A DNA stretch of 64,000 nt from Phycisphaerae bacterium (GTDB lineage Bacteria; Planctomycetota; Phycisphaerae; UBA1845; Fen-1342): contig CAXXWX010000005.1 of assembly GCA_963675745.2 (NCBI GenBank), forward strand, positions 32,001 to 96,000, in the 5' to 3' direction. Below the pieces are notes generated by a model. That model was given only the letters and a program-made list of their open reading frames with translations, did not search any database and was not told where the DNA came from. Of the stretch, positions 60,926 through 64,000 are shown in pieces. The stretch's first letter is position 1. The number at the start of each line of letters is the position of its first letter. A program made the translations under genes and the position numbers.

Positions 60926-63385
60926 TCACTTGGGCGTCGCGGCGCGGACTACGACGCCGTCAACTGGCGGGAGCTGCAGAGTCAGTGTATCCGCCTTGCT
61001 CTTGAGCGCGCCGACTTCACCCCAGACGCCCTGCCACGCGGACGGCGAGCCTTTCGGCAACTTGACGCTGATCTCGCGCGGCTTGTCCGATGCGTTCAAA
61101 GCGACCACGAGCTGCTCGTTGGCGTCACTGCGCAGGAACGCCCACACATCCCGCTCGTCATCGACCAGGAGTGTCTCGAACAACCCGGTGCGCAAAGCCG
61201 GATGCGCATTGCGCAGCGCGATCGCTTTCTGGTAGTGCGCCAGGTGCTCGGTGATTACCGAGTTTTCTTCCGGCTTCTCGTAGGGCTCCAGGTCTTGCCA
61301 CAGCATCGGCTTGCGGCAGGTCGGGTCATCGGCGCCCCACATTCCCGCCTCGTCCCCGTAGAAGATCATCGGAGCGCCGATGTAGGTCATCTGGAGCAGC
61401 ACGATCAGCCGCGCTCGACGATAGGCTTCCGCGGGCGGCTTGTCATTGTTGTAGTTCGGGCCGCTGTCCTGCACACGGTTGGCGTCGTCATACTGGCGAT
61501 CGGGGTTGATGACCATTGATACCAGGCGGTCGGTGTCGTGGCTGTCCATCAGGTTTTGCAGCACGAGCGTCGCAGGCAGCGGATAGGCCAGCCGCAGGTC
61601 CGTCAGCCGCCGATCGAATTCGCTGACGCTGATCTTGTTCTCGTGATCGATGATCCAGCGGACCACCGCGTTGGCAAACTCGTAGTTCATGACCGCGTCG
61701 AAGTGTTCGCCGTCGAGCCACGTATCGGCCCGGTCCCAGATTTCCCCCGTGATATAGGCGTCCGGGTTGATCGATTTCACCAGGGCGCGCCACTCGACCC
61801 AGAACGGAGCGGGGATGCTGCCGGGCACATCCAGGCGCCAGCCGTCGATGCCGTCGCGCGGATCACCGTCGCCGTCCGGGTCCATCCAACGGCGCGTGAC
61901 ATTGAAAATGTGTTGCTTGGCCTCTTCACTTGCCAGACCGTTCGCCGACTTGCGAAACTCCGGCAGGGCGTCGAACCCGCCCCAGCCGACATACTCAAAG
62001 GGCTCCCACGACGTCACGCTGAACCAGTCGGCGTACGGCGAATCCTGTTTCTTCTCGAGCACATCGACAAACGCCGGATGGGCCGTGCCCACATGGTTGA
62101 ACACGCCGTCAATGATGATGTGAAGTCCGGCGGCGTGAACCTGCTCGATCAGCTTCAGGAAGCGCTTGTCGGACTTGGTCCACTTCCAGGTCGCGGGGTC
62201 ATTGAGATCCTCGCCGGCTGTGATTTTGTCGTAGTCATCAGCGGGCCCGGCGCCAAAGCACGGGTCTATGTGCAGGTAATTGCGTGTGTTGTATTTGTGG
62301 TGACCCTGGGCAATAAAGACCGGATTCAGGTATAGCGCACCGACGCCCAGTTTCTTAAGGTAACCGAGCTTCTCCGCCAGCCCATCAAAATCGCCGCCGT
62401 ACATGCGGTCAAACACATACCAGTTGTAAAATGACTGCCCCTGCGCCTCGCGCTCTTTCTCCCAGGGTTGAGCCGTAAACCAATCACTCGTCCACGGGTG
62501 CGCGGGCTGAACGTCGTTCGACGGGTCGCCGTTGCGGAAACGCTCGGGCATGATCTGGTACCAGACGGTGTGCTTGGCCCAATCCGGGGTCTTGAAGACT
62601 TGCGTGTCGGCGAAGCTCTTGGAGTACACGTTGGGGGCGCTGGCGCGCAGGTTGCCGTCTTCGAACACGAACGTGTAGCGGATCGTGGTGACATCGGGGT
62701 CGTCGTTGTCGCTCAACCGGACGTCGGCTTCGTACAGGTCAAACATCGGAGTTTCGCGCGCCAGGTGCATCGGCGTAAGCTCGCCCCCTTTGACCGCCAC
62801 CCAAGCGCGCTGTACGTCGTTGGCGAGCACGCGACAACGCAGTAACATGCGATCCGTCGCCAGCGGCTGAAAGTAGAGTGGCAGTTCGCCGCGGTGCTCG
62901 ATCCCCATGGCGTTTATGCGGCCATCGCCGCGCTGTGCCTCCGAAACCGACAGGTTGGCGAGTTCGCCGAGCCGCAGCAGCGAGTTGCTGCCGCCGCGCT
63001 GGTCGTCGGCCCCGTCAGGATTCTCCGGATCGGGAAACCACGCCCCGCCGTCCACGACAAACTTGTACTCGTGTCGTCCCGGCGCCAGGTCGACCGACGT
63101 CATCCAGTAGCCGTCGCCGCGCGGGCCACGCAGGCGCGTGGTGGTGGAGTTCCATCCGTTGAACGTGCCGGCGAGCGTGACCGATTGTGCGTCGGGACCG
63201 GGCTTGAAACGAAACGTGCAGTGCCACAGGCCGCCGTCGGCCATCTCGGCCTGAACGCTGGGGGGCAGACGCCCCGGGTCAGTCGCCATCTCTACTTCGA
63301 GTGGCGGTGCTGGTGGCCATGATCCCGCGACGGCAACCCCGGCGAGTAACCCCACGAACAGCAGCGCCCAGCCGCCCCGCATCAT
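60926..63385 (-). CDS. Exported GH13 alpha-amylase/neopullulanase-type enzyme with CBM48/AMPK-like domain
   Basis: Signal peptide; LAGTFNGW...EYKFVVDG; YQIMPERF; DGVFNH; DGWRLDV; GEIW; SHD. Confidence 0.93.
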   Translation of the reverse strand: MMRGGWALLFVGLLAGVAVAGSWPPAPPLEVEMATDPGRLPPSVQAEMADGGLWHCTFRFKPGPDAQSVTLAGTFNGWNSTTTRLRGPRGDGYWMTSVDLAPGRHEYKFVVDGGAWFPDPENPDGADDQRGGSNSLLRLGELANLSVSEAQRGDGRINAMGIEHRGELPLYFQPLATDRMLLRCRVLANDVQRAWVAVKGGELTPMHLARETPMFDLYEADVRLSDNDDPDVTTIRYTFVFEDGNLRASAPNVYSKSFADTQVFKTPDWAKHTVWYQIMPERFRNGDPSNDVQPAHPWTSDWFTAQPWEKEREAQGQSFYNWYVFDRMYGGDFDGLAEKLGYLKKLGVGALYLNPVFIAQGHHKYNTRNYLHIDPCFGAGPADDYDKITAGEDLNDPATWKWTKSDKRFLKLIEQVHAAGLHIIIDGVFNHVGTAHPAFVDVLEKKQDSPYADWFSVTSWEPFEYVGWGGFDALPEFRKSANGLASEEAKQHIFNVTRRWMDPDGDGDPRDGIDGWRLDVPGSIPAPFWVEWRALVKSINPDAYITGEIWDRADTWLDGEHFDAVMNYEFANAVVRWIIDHENKISVSEFDRRLTDLRLAYPLPATLVLQNLMDSHDTDRLVSMVINPDRQYDDANRVQDSGPNYNNDKPPAEAYRRARLIVLLQMTYIGAPMIFYGDEAGMWGADDPTCRKPMLWQDLEPYEKPEENSVITEHLAHYQKAIALRNAHPALRTGLFETLLVDDERDVWAFLRSDANEQLVVALNASDKPREISVKLPKGSPSAWQGVWGEVGALKSKADTLTLQLPPVDGVVVRAATPK

Positions 63386-63607
63386 CAGCCCTTCATCACA
63401 ACGGTATCTCATCGGCGTATCTTCCTGGCTTCGTCTCGTACATGGATGCCGCGAGTGGCAAACGTTCCGCCTATGGTAATGGCGTAGGCGCCGTTAAGCC
63501 AATATCATGCGTCGATTAGACCGGAGTTGCGGCACTTGTCTGGGAGTGGAATGGCACCGCAGGATAACCACATCACCACCGACCGCGCGCAACCGATCTT
63601 GACCGCT

Positions 63608-64000
63608 ATGCGCGGCGTATTCTGGGCCGCGCTCGCGACTTATGTCGCCTGTCGGTTGCTCTGCGGTTCTCCTGTTCGAATCGATGGTCCGCAGTGGTGG
63701 CCGTGGCTGCACGGGGCGCTGGCTTCGTTGCTCCTTCTGCTGGCCGCCGGGCGCGTCGTGGTCGCCACGGTCAACCGAAAGCTCTTCCGCGAGATTCGGG
63801 TCGACGTCGCTATCTGCGCCGTGATCCTCGTCGTCTGGGCGTTTGGCTGGGTCATCTCGCGGCCCTATCGGCTCGCGGCGGAACGCGGCGATCAGATCGA
63901 ACTTGTGCTGATGAACTGGTCCGGCGGTGGTGGCCAGAAGGAAGAGCAGATCGTCGCCGACATGATCGACCGCTTTCAACGCAGCCACCCACATATCAAG
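63608..64000 (+). CDS. 5' part of a probable sugar ABC solute-binding protein with N-terminal TM helices (partial)
   Basis: Open from ATG 63608 to the window end: MRGVFW..., 2-3 hydrophobic helices, then IELVLMNWSGGGGQKEEQIVADMIDRFQRSHPHIK, typical of an SBP family 1 start. Confidence 0.65.
   Translation, partial: MRGVFWAALATYVACRLLCGSPVRIDGPQWWPWLHGALASLLLLLAAGRVVVATVNRKLFREIRVDVAICAVILVVWAFGWVISRPYRLAAERGDQIELVLMNWSGGGGQKEEQIVADMIDRFQRSHPHIK

Noticed and set aside
63455..63472. LacI-type operator (GGCAAACGTTCCGCC) between GH13 and the SBP gene
   Set aside because: Only partly palindromic, and no regulator is in the window to support it.

Overview
GC-rich bacterial chromosome segment, most consistent with a Planctomycetota (Phycisphaerae-like) genome: it has PEP-CTERM proteins, dockerin-like EF-hand tails, a Ser/Thr kinase-TPR gene and a HEAT-repeat envelope protein. 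Housekeeping genes are purD, eno, dxs, ispA, aat, groES-groEL, glgP, malQ, an HtpX-like protease, a family-4 UDG and probably the first codons of rpmA. The best candidate for an undescribed system is a tightly coupled five-gene operon of uncharacterised, mostly membrane proteins at 3523-8603, built around an FN3 + DUF6754-like protein, which looks like a multi-subunit membrane complex. Second is a ~4.2 kb module at 37233-41518 bounded by arms of a REP-like palindrome. It carries an orphan Rhs core with a toxin tip, a DUF4279-like immunity gene, a duplicated Rhs stub and a WD40 lipoprotein. Other notable signals are a perfect 24-bp palindrome over the promoter of a DUF134-NifX pair, an FtsB/DivIC-like gene with an extra TM helix after eno, a sigma54-type promoter before groESL, and several single-base insertions that may be assembly errors. 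No rRNA, tRNA, CRISPR array, transposase or integrase was recognised. Family names come from motif recognition by eye, not from database searches.
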